Assembly (NCBI GenBank): GCA_963811145.1
Contig: CAWEQC010000004.1
Location: 527,752 to 591,751, forward strand
DNA length: 64,000 nucleotides
Source of the DNA: an uncultured Chloroflexia bacterium
Lineage (GTDB): Bacteria > Chloroflexota > Limnocylindria > QHBO01
Direction: 5' to 3'
Positions within the stretch are counted from its first letter, which is position 1; each line of letters begins with the position of its first letter. Both the position numbers and the translations under genes were made by a program. Below the pieces are notes generated by a model that saw nothing but the letters and a program-made list of their open reading frames with translations, was not told where the DNA came from and did no database searches. Shown here piece after piece: positions 33,893-45,009 of this stretch.

Positions 33893-34917
33893 GAGGCCGC
33901 CGCCCCGTCGTCGCCGCGCTCGTCACTGAAGCCGCGGCCCACCAGCTCGACGAAGACGTCCTCGAGGCTCGGCTCCGACTTCGCGAGGCCGACCAGGTGC
34001 GAGCCGCGCTGGGCGACGGCCGTGACGACGCTCGTCAGCGCAGAATCGTCGGCCAGCGCCACCTTGAGCGCGACGCGGTCCGATGCCGCCCCGTCGCCCG
34101 CGCCCTCGTCGGCGAGGATCGCGGAGAGCACGCCCGGGAGGGCGGCGATCCCGGCGATGCCACCGTTCTGGGGCATCCTGTCCAGCTCGAGCCTGAAGAT
34201 CGACTCGGCCTGGACGCGCCGGCGCAGCTCGTCGGGCGAGCCGAGCGCCAGGATCTTGCCCCGGTCGACGATCGCGATGCGGTCGCACAGCTGCTCCGCC
34301 TCGACCATGTAGTGGGTCGTCAGAAGGACCGTTCGGCCGGGGGCCGCCGCCTTCCACGACAGGGTGTGCTCGCGCAGGTCGCGAGCCGCGGCGACGTCGA
34401 GCCCGAGCGTCGGCTCGTCGAGGAACAGGACCCACGGGTCGTTCAACAGGCCGCGCGCGAAGTTGAGCTTCTGGCGCTGGCCGGTCGAGAGCGAGCGGAT
34501 CTTCTGCTGGCGCTGCTCGGTCAGGCCGGTGATCTCGATCAGCTCATCGGTTCGGCGCCAGCCCTCGCGCGTCGGCAGCCCGTAGAACTGGCTGAACATC
34601 CAGAGCTGCTCACGCACGGTGAGCAGGCCGTAGCCCGACTGCTCGCCGCCGCTCACCATGTTGATGACGCGACGGATCTTCGCCGTCTCGTTGACGACGT
34701 CGAAGCCCGCCACCTTCGCGGTGCCGCTGGTCGGCAGGAGGAGCGTCGTCAGGATCTTGATCAGCGTCGTCTTGCCGGCGCCGTTCGGCCCGAGCAGCCC
34801 GAAGTACTCGCCGGGCTGGACGTCGAGGTCGACGCCGCCCAGCGCGGTGACCGATTCGGGCTTGGCCTTGTAGACGCGGGTCAGTCCGCGGGCATGGATG
34901 GCGAGATCGTCAGGCAT
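33889..34917 (-). CDS. ABC transporter ATP-binding protein (ABC-2/DrrA-like) with C-terminal extension
   Basis: Start moved to ATG 34917. GLLGPNGAGKTT, LSTGQRQKLNFARGLL, LFLDEPTLGLD. Confidence 0.9.
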   Translation of the reverse strand: MPDDLAIHARGLTRVYKAKPESVTALGGVDLDVQPGEYFGLLGPNGAGKTTLIKILTTLLLPTSGTAKVAGFDVVNETAKIRRVINMVSGGEQSGYGLLTVREQLWMFSQFYGLPTREGWRRTDELIEITGLTEQRQQKIRSLSTGQRQKLNFARGLLNDPWVLFLDEPTLGLDVAAARDLREHTLSWKAAAPGRTVLLTTHYMVEAEQLCDRIAIVDRGKILALGSPDELRRRVQAESIFRLELDRMPQNGGIAGIAALPGVLSAILADEGAGDGAASDRVALKVALADDSALTSVVTAVAQRGSHLVGLAKSEPSLEDVFVELVGRGFSDERGDDGAAAS

Positions 34918-34992
34918 GGGAGGGCAGCACCGGGGTGCGGATGGAGGGGCGGGCCGCGATGGTAGCACTGCCCGGAATCGCCAGGAATACGA

Positions 34993-35033
34993 CATCCGTC
35001 GCGTGCTCGGCCGGGCGTGAATCGGGACGGGTC
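34993..35033. repeat. single GTGAAT-box centre (degenerate box, 7-nt spacer, box)
   Basis: GTGAATCGGGACGGGTC at 35017-35033 is preceded by the 7-nt spacer GCCGGGC. Before that is ATCCGTCGCGTGCTCG, which resembles the (-) box GACCCGTCGCTATTCAC of locus 19314-19330. Confidence 0.55.
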
Positions 35034-35040
35034 GCCGCGA

Positions 35041-35295
35041 TCAGGTGCGGCTCTGTTCTCCGTCGCACTCCCCCGGGCCGTGCTCACAGTCGGCCGACAG
35101 CAGCCCGGCTCCGGAGAGCGAGAGCAGCGCCTCGCGCACGTCGGTCTCGGTTCCGAGGGTCGGCACGCTCTCGAGTGCGTTCTCGACGCGGGCCGTCAGC
35201 GTCGCGCTCAACGACTCGGTGGCGCCGAACGTGCGCCACTCCCCGTCACCATCCCAGATGACGATGCCGTATCCCTTGACTGCCACCGAAAACAT
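35041..35295 (-). CDS. hypothetical small protein (84 aa)
   Basis: Start moved to ATG 35295 (MFSVAVKGYGIVIWDGDGEWRTFG...). Coding-like composition, no domain. Confidence 0.45.
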   Translation of the reverse strand: MFSVAVKGYGIVIWDGDGEWRTFGATESLSATLTARVENALESVPTLGTETDVREALLSLSGAGLLSADCEHGPGECDGEQSRT

Positions 35296-35442
35296 TGCTT
35301 CCGCCCCAAAAGTACTGCTCGGGTACCGGTGTCCAGCATCGCGCCGGGGGGACCGATTGCCAACTGCGCAGGTCCCACCTGAAGGGCACTCAACCAACCA
35401 ATCTGCGGGAACACTTGCCCCAGGTGATCGAGCCGCGGTGCG

Positions 35443-35456
35443 TGAGAGCGCTCTCT
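35443..35456 (+). promoter_or_regulatory. LacI-family operator, half-degenerate (TGAGAGCGCTCTCT)
   Basis: Matches 13 of 14 positions of the perfect palindrome 46 nt downstream. It lies just upstream of TAGAAT 35470-35475. Confidence 0.6.
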
Positions 35457-35469
35457 TGACGCAGCCGCC

Positions 35470-35475
35470 TAGAAT
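35470..35475 (+). promoter_or_regulatory. -10-like TAGAAT of the lacI-family/GH1 unit
   Basis: GCCGCCTAGAAT lies between the two operators. Confidence 0.4.
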
Positions 35476-35488
35476 GCTCCCATGATCG

Positions 35489-35502
35489 TGAGAGCGCTCT
35501 CA
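35489..35502 (+). promoter_or_regulatory. LacI-family operator, perfect 14-bp palindrome TGAGAGCGCTCTCA
   Basis: Same architecture as the CebR-type box TGGGAGCGCTCCCA. It ends 5 nt before GTG 35508. Confidence 0.7.
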
Positions 35503-35507
35503 CAACC

Positions 35508-36563
35508 GTGAAACGTCGCGGAAGTGCCGGCGGAGTCACCCTCGAGCAGGTCGCGAGCATCGCGCGCGTTTCGCGAGCGACCGCGTCGCGAGTCGTAAAC
35601 GGGGACGAGCGAGTTGGGCAGGACTCACGCGCGGCGGTCGAAGCGGTCGTGCGAGAGCTCGGGTACGTGCCGAACCGCGCGGCCCGAAGCCTCGTAACCA
35701 ATCGCAGCGACTCCATTGCCGTCGTGATCCCGGAGCCCACCGCACAGGTCTTCGGGGACCCGTTCTTTCCGCGCATCCTTCGCGGCATCAGCGAGGCGAT
35801 CGCCGCCGAGTCGATGCAGCTCGTCCTGCTCATGCCCCAGGCGCGCCGAGACGAGGAGCGCGTGGAGCGATACCTGGCTGCCGGACATGCCGATGGCGTC
35901 CTCCTCATCTCGCTGCACGGGTCGGACCCGCTCCCGGAAAGCCTCGCGCGCCGCGGGGTACCGTTCGCGGTTGGCGGACGACCGCAGGGCTCCGGGAGCG
36001 CGTACGTCGACGTCGACAACCGGACCGGCGCCGGGGTCGCAGTCCAGCATCTGCTCGATGGCGGTCGACGGAAGGTGGCCACAATCGCCGGTCCGCAGGA
36101 CATGGCCGCCGGTGCCGATCGTCTCGCGGGCTATCGCGACCGGATCGGGGCTGGCGGGCGTCGAGCGGGCGTCGAGGCCGTCGAGATCGCCGACTTCACG
36201 CTCGACGGCGGGCGCGTGGCCATGGAGCGCCTGCTGCGGCGTGAGCCAACCATCGATGCAGTCTTCGTCGCATCCGATCTCATGGCGATTGGCGCGCTCG
36301 CCGCGCTGCGGGCCGCAGGGCGCACGACGCCCGGCGACGTGGCCGTCGTCGGCTTCGACGACTCCCCGCTGGCGAGCACGACCCAACCCACGCTGTCGAG
36401 CGTCCGGCAGCCGATCGAGGAGATGGGCCGCGAGATGACGCGGTTGCTCATGCAGGAGATTCGGTCTCCGGGTGGCCCGCCCCGGCGCGTGATCCTCGAG
36501 ACGCAGCTGGTGGTTCGCGAGTCGAGCGCGCCGGCTGATGGAGGTGGAGCCGCACGCAGCTAG
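35508..36563 (+). CDS. LacI-family transcriptional regulator
   Basis: HTH VTLEQVASIARVSRATASRVVNG plus a periplasmic-binding-protein-like core. Confidence 0.92.
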   Translation: MKRRGSAGGVTLEQVASIARVSRATASRVVNGDERVGQDSRAAVEAVVRELGYVPNRAARSLVTNRSDSIAVVIPEPTAQVFGDPFFPRILRGISEAIAAESMQLVLLMPQARRDEERVERYLAAGHADGVLLISLHGSDPLPESLARRGVPFAVGGRPQGSGSAYVDVDNRTGAGVAVQHLLDGGRRKVATIAGPQDMAAGADRLAGYRDRIGAGGRRAGVEAVEIADFTLDGGRVAMERLLRREPTIDAVFVASDLMAIGALAALRAAGRTTPGDVAVVGFDDSPLASTTQPTLSSVRQPIEEMGREMTRLLMQEIRSPGGPPRRVILETQLVVRESSAPADGGGAARS

Positions 36564-36609
36564 GCCACCGTCGGCACGAGCAGTGAGTCACGATCGGAAG
36601 AGGAGAGGC

Positions 36610-38277
36610 ATGCATCGACCGAATCTCATCCTTCGCAGGCACGGCGCAATGACCTTCGGGCTCGGGTACTTCCAGGACGGTGTCTGGATCGACCACCTGG
36701 AGGCCGGTGACGCCGGCAGCCCAGAGTCGGCCGGCCACCTGGCGGCCGACGACGTCACGGCGATCGACGCGATCCACCAGCTGCTCTCCTGCTGCGCCGA
36801 CGCGGTGGACGTTCGGCTGCCCGTCGTGGAGCGCGACGATGCCGTTCCGGCGGGCGGCGTGATCCTCCCGGCAGTGGCTCGGCACCGCTCAGGGGTGAGC
36901 CCTTCCACAGGGGATTCCGCCCGGGAGCTGCTGGCACTGGCTGAAGGCTTCCCCCCGGGGTTTGCGTGGGGAGCGGCGACCGCCGCCTACCAGGTCGAGG
37001 GTGCGACGACCGTCGATGGGCGGACCGCGAGCATCTGGGACACGTTCAGCCACGCCGCGGGCCGCATCCACAACGGCGAGACGGGCGACGTGGCCTGCGA
37101 TCACTACGTTCGGTGGCGCGACGACCTCGACCTCATGGCCGACATGGGGCTGCGTGCCTACCGCTTCAGCATCTCGTGGCCGCGGGTCCAGCCGGACGGC
37201 GCTGGTGGAGGAAACCCGGCCGGGCTGGACTTCTACGATCGCCTCATTGATGGGCTGCTGGAGCGGGGGATCGAGCCATGGGTCACGCTCTACCACTGGG
37301 ATCTGCCACAGGCACTCGAGGACCGTGGCGGCTGGCTCGAGCCAGATGTCGCCGATCGAATGGCCGAATACGCGGGCCTGGTGGCTGAACGCCTCGGAGA
37401 TCGGGTTGCCGCCTGGATCACCCTCAACGAACCGCGCACCTTCACGCAGATGGGGTACGGCACCGGCGAACACGCTCCAGGACGAAATGGATGGGCCGGC
37501 GCTCTGCGCGCCGCGCATCACGCCCACCTGGCGCACGCCGCCGCAACCTTGGCGATTCGGGGCTCGGTACCGAACGCCCGTATCGGCATCGCCCACGACA
37601 TCGCGCATCTCGAACCGGGCGGGCGCGGCGCAGCCGATCTCGAGGCGCTCGTCCGCTATGACGGCGCGATGCACCGCTGGTTCCTGGATCCGACGTTCGG
37701 TCGCGGGTATCCCGCCGACATGGTCGCCTGGTATGACGGGCTCGGGATGCTGGAAGGACTCGACCTGGCGGCCGTCGCGAACCCGCCGCCGCTCGACTTC
37801 CTGGCCGTGAACTACTACCGGAGGGAGCGGATCGTCGCCGCGCCGCCGGAACCCGACTGGGGGATCGGCGCGACGGTCCTCGATGCGGCCGGCGACCGCA
37901 CCGCGATGGGGTGGGAGATCCACGCGGACGGGCTTCGGGCGACACTTGCGCGGGTCGCGCGCGAGTACTCGCCGCCGGCCGTCGCCGTCACCGAGAACGG
38001 AGCGGCATTCCACGACGCGGTTGGCGCCGATGGGTCGGTGGACGATCCCGATCGGCTGCGCTATCTCGCCATCCACCTCGCGGCGTCGTCCGCCGCGATC
38101 GCCGATGGGGTCCCGCTGATCGGGTACTTCGCCTGGTCGCTGCTCGACAACTTCGAATGGGCGCTGGGGTACGGCACCCGGTTCGGCATCGTGCATGTCG
38201 ACTTCGCGACCCAGCGCCGCACCATGAAAGCAAGCGGCCGCTGGTATCGCGCCCTCATTGCCGCTGCGCCAATCTGA
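36610..38277 (+). CDS. GH1 beta-glucosidase with about 95-aa N-terminal extension
   Basis: ATG 36610 sits behind GGAAGAGGAGAGG. GH1 motifs [20 protein letters not shown] (acid/base) and VTENG (nucleophile). The alternative start GTG 36895 would remove the extension. Confidence 0.88.
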   Translation: MHRPNLILRRHGAMTFGLGYFQDGVWIDHLEAGDAGSPESAGHLAADDVTAIDAIHQLLSCCADAVDVRLPVVERDDAVPAGGVILPAVARHRSGVSPSTGDSARELLALAEGFPPGFAWGAATAAYQVEGATTVDGRTASIWDTFSHAAGRIHNGETGDVACDHYVRWRDDLDLMADMGLRAYRFSISWPRVQPDGAGGGNPAGLDFYDRLIDGLLERGIEPWVTLYHWDLPQALEDRGGWLEPDVADRMAEYAGLVAERLGDRVAAWITLNEPRTFTQMGYGTGEHAPGRNGWAGALRAAHHAHLAHAAATLAIRGSVPNARIGIAHDIAHLEPGGRGAADLEALVRYDGAMHRWFLDPTFGRGYPADMVAWYDGLGMLEGLDLAAVANPPPLDFLAVNYYRRERIVAAPPEPDWGIGATVLDAAGDRTAMGWEIHADGLRATLARVAREYSPPAVAVTENGAAFHDAVGADGSVDDPDRLRYLAIHLAASSAAIADGVPLIGYFAWSLLDNFEWALGYGTRFGIVHVDFATQRRTMKASGRWYRALIAAAPI

Positions 38278-38375
38278 ACGGGCGGCGAGACGTCAAGGGC
38301 TGATTCATGCCGCCGCCTGTCATGATCGGCGCCGATCATGGAGGCCAATGACGTCGGAGTGGATCTCGGATAAAC

Positions 38376-38389
38376 CGAACAGGCGTTCG
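38376..38389 (+). promoter_or_regulatory. Cheo-type LexA (SOS) box CGAACAGGCGTTCG
   Basis: Perfect CGAAC-N4-GTTCG palindrome, 34 nt upstream of the uvrA ATG and 18 nt upstream of TACGAT (38408-38413). Confidence 0.65.
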
Positions 38390-38422
38390 CATCGGTTCGA
38401 TTCCTGCTACGATGACGCTCCG

Positions 38423-41371
<2,949 letters not shown>

Positions 41372-41388
41372 TCGGAGCAGGAAGTGAA

Positions 41389-41426
41389 GAACGCCCCCGA
41401 AGCTGATCGGGGGCGTTCCTATTTTC
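41389..41426 (+). terminator. rho-independent terminator after uvrA
   Basis: Perfect 10-bp stem GAACGCCCCC/GGGGGCGTTC with a 10-nt loop, followed by CTATTTTC. Confidence 0.75.
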
Positions 41427-41555
41427 ATCGGGCGTCAGTCGCCGTTGGCGCCTTCCCCGCGAGCCCCACGTTGGTGCCTAACACCGCGTCGAGCAGCGGG
41501 ACAGGCGTGATGCCTGGAGTCTTCGCCACGATCGCGCTCCTCAGCCTCCTCGGCC

Positions 41556-43205
41556 TCATGTTGGTGTGGCGAGCCGGAGTCCCATCTCGGCGAGGAACGG
41601 CGACGGGCGGCTCGGCTCGAACGCGAGGATGAGGTGCCTCGTTGCGCGCGTGAGCGCCACGTAGGCGAGGCGGCGCTCCTCCTCGAGCGCGCGGTCGGCA
41701 TCATCAGCATCGAGGAGCGAGCGACGGTTCGGGATCCGGTCCTCCTCGAACCCGAGCAGCACGACCGTCTGCCACTCTCGTCCCTTCGATGCGTGGACGG
41801 TGGCGAGCTCCACCGGAGCATCCGGATCGCGAAGCATCCCAATTCTTTCCCGTACGGCGTCGTAGGCGGTCACGAAGGCAGCAGTGCGCGCGAAGCCCGT
41901 TGTCCAGCCGAGCAACGCATCGAGAGCCGCGTGATCCTCGTCTCCCAGGACGTCGGACGCCGGGTTGTCCCTGCTCCAGCCGCGGCCACTTCGGAGGCGA
42001 CGAAGGACGTGGAACGGATGCTCGGGCTCGTCGAGGGACCGTGCGGCGTCGACCAGGGCGACCACGCGCTCGTTCTCGACAAGCGGCGCAATGGCCGTCG
42101 CATGGCGAACGCCCGCATGCACCAGCGCGAGGAGGATCGGCGTGAGCTCGCCGCGGGTTCGAGCCAGGAAGCAGAGGGACCGGCCTGCCGCATCCTCGCG
42201 GGCTGCAAGGCGTGCGAGCGCCTCCACGGACGTTGGCGTGGCGGTGTTCCAGGCAGCGATAGCCGGCCCCGTGTCGAGGGCGTCGGCCGGCGCCCGGATC
42301 GGCTTGCTGAAGCGTTCGCGGTTGACTTCGACCATCCGCGCCGAAGCCGCGACCACCGCGGGCGGGCAGCGATAGTTCGTCGCGAGCATCACGCGGCGCG
42401 CCGTCGGGTAATCATTCGAGAAGCGAAGGATTCGTCGGACGTCGGCAAGCCTCCATGCGTAGATCGTCTGGTCATCGTCCCCGACGACGAACAGGTTGTC
42501 CTCCGGCGCGGCAAGGAGACGGACCAGCCGGAGCTGGGCCGCATCCACGTCCTGGAACTCGTCGACGCAGACGTGGGTGAAGCGCGACTGCCAACGCAGT
42601 CTGAGACGCGCATCGGTGCCGAGGAGATCGCAGGCGCGGACGACGAGGTCGTCGAAGTCGAGGGCGCCACGGACGCTCAGCAGGTCCGCATAGGCCTCGA
42701 GCGCCGGACGCGCCTCGTCCGGTGGAGTCCGCCGTTCGATCTTCCATGCCGAGAGCAGCGTGTCCAGCTGTGCCGCATCCGGCAGGTTCCCCGAGGGAGC
42801 CGCCGCGAGGATTCGGCGCCGGGCGGCGCGGAGCAACGGCAGGCGGTCGGCGACGATCGTTCCCCCTTCTCCCACGTCGAGCAGCACCTGCCGAGCGAGT
42901 GCGTGGAGGGTCCGGACCTCGATCGAGGTGGCCGCCGGCGCTGACGCCGCGAGCCGCCGCTCGACGCGAGCGGCGAGGTCCGCCGCCGCGTCCCGGTTGA
43001 AGGTCACCACGCAGATCCGCTCGGGCGCCACACCGCGCGACAGCAGCACCGCGAGCCGCGCGACCATGGTGGTCGTCTTGCCGCTTCCCGCCGGCGCGAT
43101 GATCTGGGCCGGTCCATTCGGGAGGGTGGCGGCGGCGCGCTGCTCCACATCGAGCGCGGCGAGGATCGGGTCGACCGCGATCGGTTCGACGACCTTGAGA
43201 GCCAT
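41556..43205 (-). CDS. UvrD/Rep-family ATP-dependent DNA helicase (short, 549 aa)
   Basis: Walker A APAGSGKTTTM, CVDEFQDVD, and C-terminal VHASKGREW...YVALTRA. Confidence 0.88.
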   Translation of the reverse strand: MALKVVEPIAVDPILAALDVEQRAAATLPNGPAQIIAPAGSGKTTTMVARLAVLLSRGVAPERICVVTFNRDAAADLAARVERRLAASAPAATSIEVRTLHALARQVLLDVGEGGTIVADRLPLLRAARRRILAAAPSGNLPDAAQLDTLLSAWKIERRTPPDEARPALEAYADLLSVRGALDFDDLVVRACDLLGTDARLRLRWQSRFTHVCVDEFQDVDAAQLRLVRLLAAPEDNLFVVGDDDQTIYAWRLADVRRILRFSNDYPTARRVMLATNYRCPPAVVAASARMVEVNRERFSKPIRAPADALDTGPAIAAWNTATPTSVEALARLAAREDAAGRSLCFLARTRGELTPILLALVHAGVRHATAIAPLVENERVVALVDAARSLDEPEHPFHVLRRLRSGRGWSRDNPASDVLGDEDHAALDALLGWTTGFARTAAFVTAYDAVRERIGMLRDPDAPVELATVHASKGREWQTVVLLGFEEDRIPNRRSLLDADDADRALEEERRLAYVALTRATRHLILAFEPSRPSPFLAEMGLRLATPT

Positions 43206-43325
43206 CGCCCGATGATCACCATCGCGCCTTACCAGCCGCTCACTGCCGGCTTACCGGCCGACACCGTATCCTGTCCGGCACCGCCCAGGTGACCACAAGG
43301 ACCAGAGCAACCCGATGATGCACCT

Positions 43326-44513
43326 GTGACCCGCGAGGCGAGATACGCCCGCAACGACGACACCCTGCCCTACGATCGCGAGGCCATCCGGTCCGGTGCA
43401 GCATCCCGACGCCCGGATCGCCGACGCCAGGCCCGATTCGAGCCGCCCGCCCGTCAGCGAGCCCCGAGGCCCCGCCGCAAGGGCTGGCTCGGACGCTTCC
43501 TGCGGACCGTCCTGTTCCTGATCGTCGTCGCCGCCATCGTGGGCGCAGGGCTCCTGTTCATGCGCGCCGCGGCGTTCAACACGTCGGTCTCCACTGCCGG
43601 GTTCCCGTCCACCGCACTCTTCGGCCCCCTGAACGGGAGCGAGCGGGTGAACGTCCTGATGGTCGGCTACGGCGGGGCCGAGCACGAGGGCGCCTACCTC
43701 GCCGACTCCATCCAGATCCTCTCCATCGATCCGGCGACGGACACGACGACCACCATTCCGATTCCCCGCGACCTGTGGATCGAGGGTGTCGCCGCCTTCG
43801 CCCAGAACGGGAAAGTGAACGAGGTATTCGCCGACGGACACGCCGCGGAGGCCGCCGATGAGACAGCGCGCCTCACACACGCGGGCGAGCTGCTGTCGAC
43901 GGTGATCTCGAACGTGACCGGACTCGACATTCACCACTGGTTGACGATCGACTTCGACGGGTTCCGCGACATGGTCGACGCGGTGGGCGGCGTCACCATC
44001 GATAACCCCGTCGAGTTCATGTACACGGGGGTGGAGGCGAATCACCTCGCCGGCTACTGGGACGAAGGCCCGTATGCGGCCGGGCAGATCCACCTGAACG
44101 GCGAGGAGGCGCTCTGGTATGCCCGCGCCAGGTACACGAGCGTGGTGTCCGAATCGAACGACTTTGCCCGATCGGTGCGCCAGGCGCGGATCCTGGCCGC
44201 CCTGCGCTCGAAGCTCGGCGACGGAGGGATCGGCTCCATCGGGCCGGGATTGGGGCTGATGGATGCGATGGAGGGCCGGGTCCGGACCGACCTGTCCGCG
44301 CTCGACCTGTTCCTCCTCTCGTCGCACCTGGCGAGCGACCGGCGCATCGAGCTCAGCGAGGGACCCGTCCTGACGGCAACGACAAACACCCTCGGCCAGT
44401 ACATCCTCATTCCCGTCGGCTGGTCCGGACCGGGGGACTACGACGGGCTGAGGGCGTACCTGTCCGGTGAGCTGTCGAGCCCGATCGGATCAGCAGCCAC
44501 CGATGCGCCGTAG
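43326..44513 (+). CDS. LytR-CpsA-Psr (LCP) family cell-envelope phosphotransferase
   Basis: N-terminal TM and an LCP core NVLMVGYGGAEHEGAYLADSIQILSIDP...IPIPRDLWI. Confidence 0.85.
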   Translation: MTREARYARNDDTLPYDREAIRSGAASRRPDRRRQARFEPPARQRAPRPRRKGWLGRFLRTVLFLIVVAAIVGAGLLFMRAAAFNTSVSTAGFPSTALFGPLNGSERVNVLMVGYGGAEHEGAYLADSIQILSIDPATDTTTTIPIPRDLWIEGVAAFAQNGKVNEVFADGHAAEAADETARLTHAGELLSTVISNVTGLDIHHWLTIDFDGFRDMVDAVGGVTIDNPVEFMYTGVEANHLAGYWDEGPYAAGQIHLNGEEALWYARARYTSVVSESNDFARSVRQARILAALRSKLGDGGIGSIGPGLGLMDAMEGRVRTDLSALDLFLLSSHLASDRRIELSEGPVLTATTNTLGQYILIPVGWSGPGDYDGLRAYLSGELSSPIGSAATDAP

Positions 44514-44988
44514 CCGGAAGATCCGGGCGGCGGATCTGCCGAGGCTGGCGGTGCGCGGCATCGTCCAGCTCGCGAGCCTGTTCGGCGGTCGCTATCGCCG
44601 GATCGAGGGCGCCCACTGCCTGGTGACCGACGATCTCGGCCGCATCCTCGCCGTCCGCACCACGTACCTCGGGCCGGGCTGGATGCTTCCCGGCGGCCGC
44701 GTCGAGCGCGGCGAGACTCCGCACGCAGCAGCGGCGCGGGAGACGCGGGAGGAGACGGGCCTCGATGTCCGGATCGAGCGCCTCGTGCTGGTCGACGCGC
44801 ATCGCTCGAAGGACACCGGGTTCGTGTACAGCGCGATGGTGGTCGGCGGGGAGCTAGAGCCTGAGCTCGGCGAGATCGCGGAGGTCGGCTGGATCGATCG
44901 GGCGGAGATCGCGGCAACCTCGCCGCGGCTCAATCGGCTCATGGCGATTCTCGACAGGGTCGGAGAGCCTGTCGCGTACTGGCAGTGA
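44503..44988 (+). CDS. Nudix hydrolase
   Basis: Start moved to ATG 44503, overlapping the LCP gene end. Nudix box GGRVERGETPHAAAARETREETG. Confidence 0.85.
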   Translation: MRRSRKIRAADLPRLAVRGIVQLASLFGGRYRRIEGAHCLVTDDLGRILAVRTTYLGPGWMLPGGRVERGETPHAAAARETREETGLDVRIERLVLVDAHRSKDTGFVYSAMVVGGELEPELGEIAEVGWIDRAEIAATSPRLNRLMAILDRVGEPVAYWQ

Positions 44989-44996
44989 ACCCCGCC

Positions 44997-45002
44997 TAGA
45001 AT
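44997..45002 (+). promoter_or_regulatory. -10-like TAGAAT 7 nt upstream of the uvrC GTG (leaderless-type geometry)
   Basis: CCCGCCTAGAAT-TCTCGGC-GTG. There is no room for a Shine-Dalgarno sequence. Confidence 0.4.
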
Positions 45003-45009
45003 TCTCGGC

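Noticed and set aside
35456-35475. TTGAC (35456-35460) plus TAGAAT (35470-35475) as a -35/-10 pair
   Set aside because: The spacing is only about 9 nt, far from the 16-19 nt needed. Only the -10-like hexamer is retained.
41509-41632. Small TM peptide ORF (MPGVFATIALLSLLGLMLVW...) between uvrA and the helicase gene
   Set aside because: Its second half overlaps the helicase 3' end antisense, and third-position G+C falls there. There is no ribosome-binding site, so support is insufficient.
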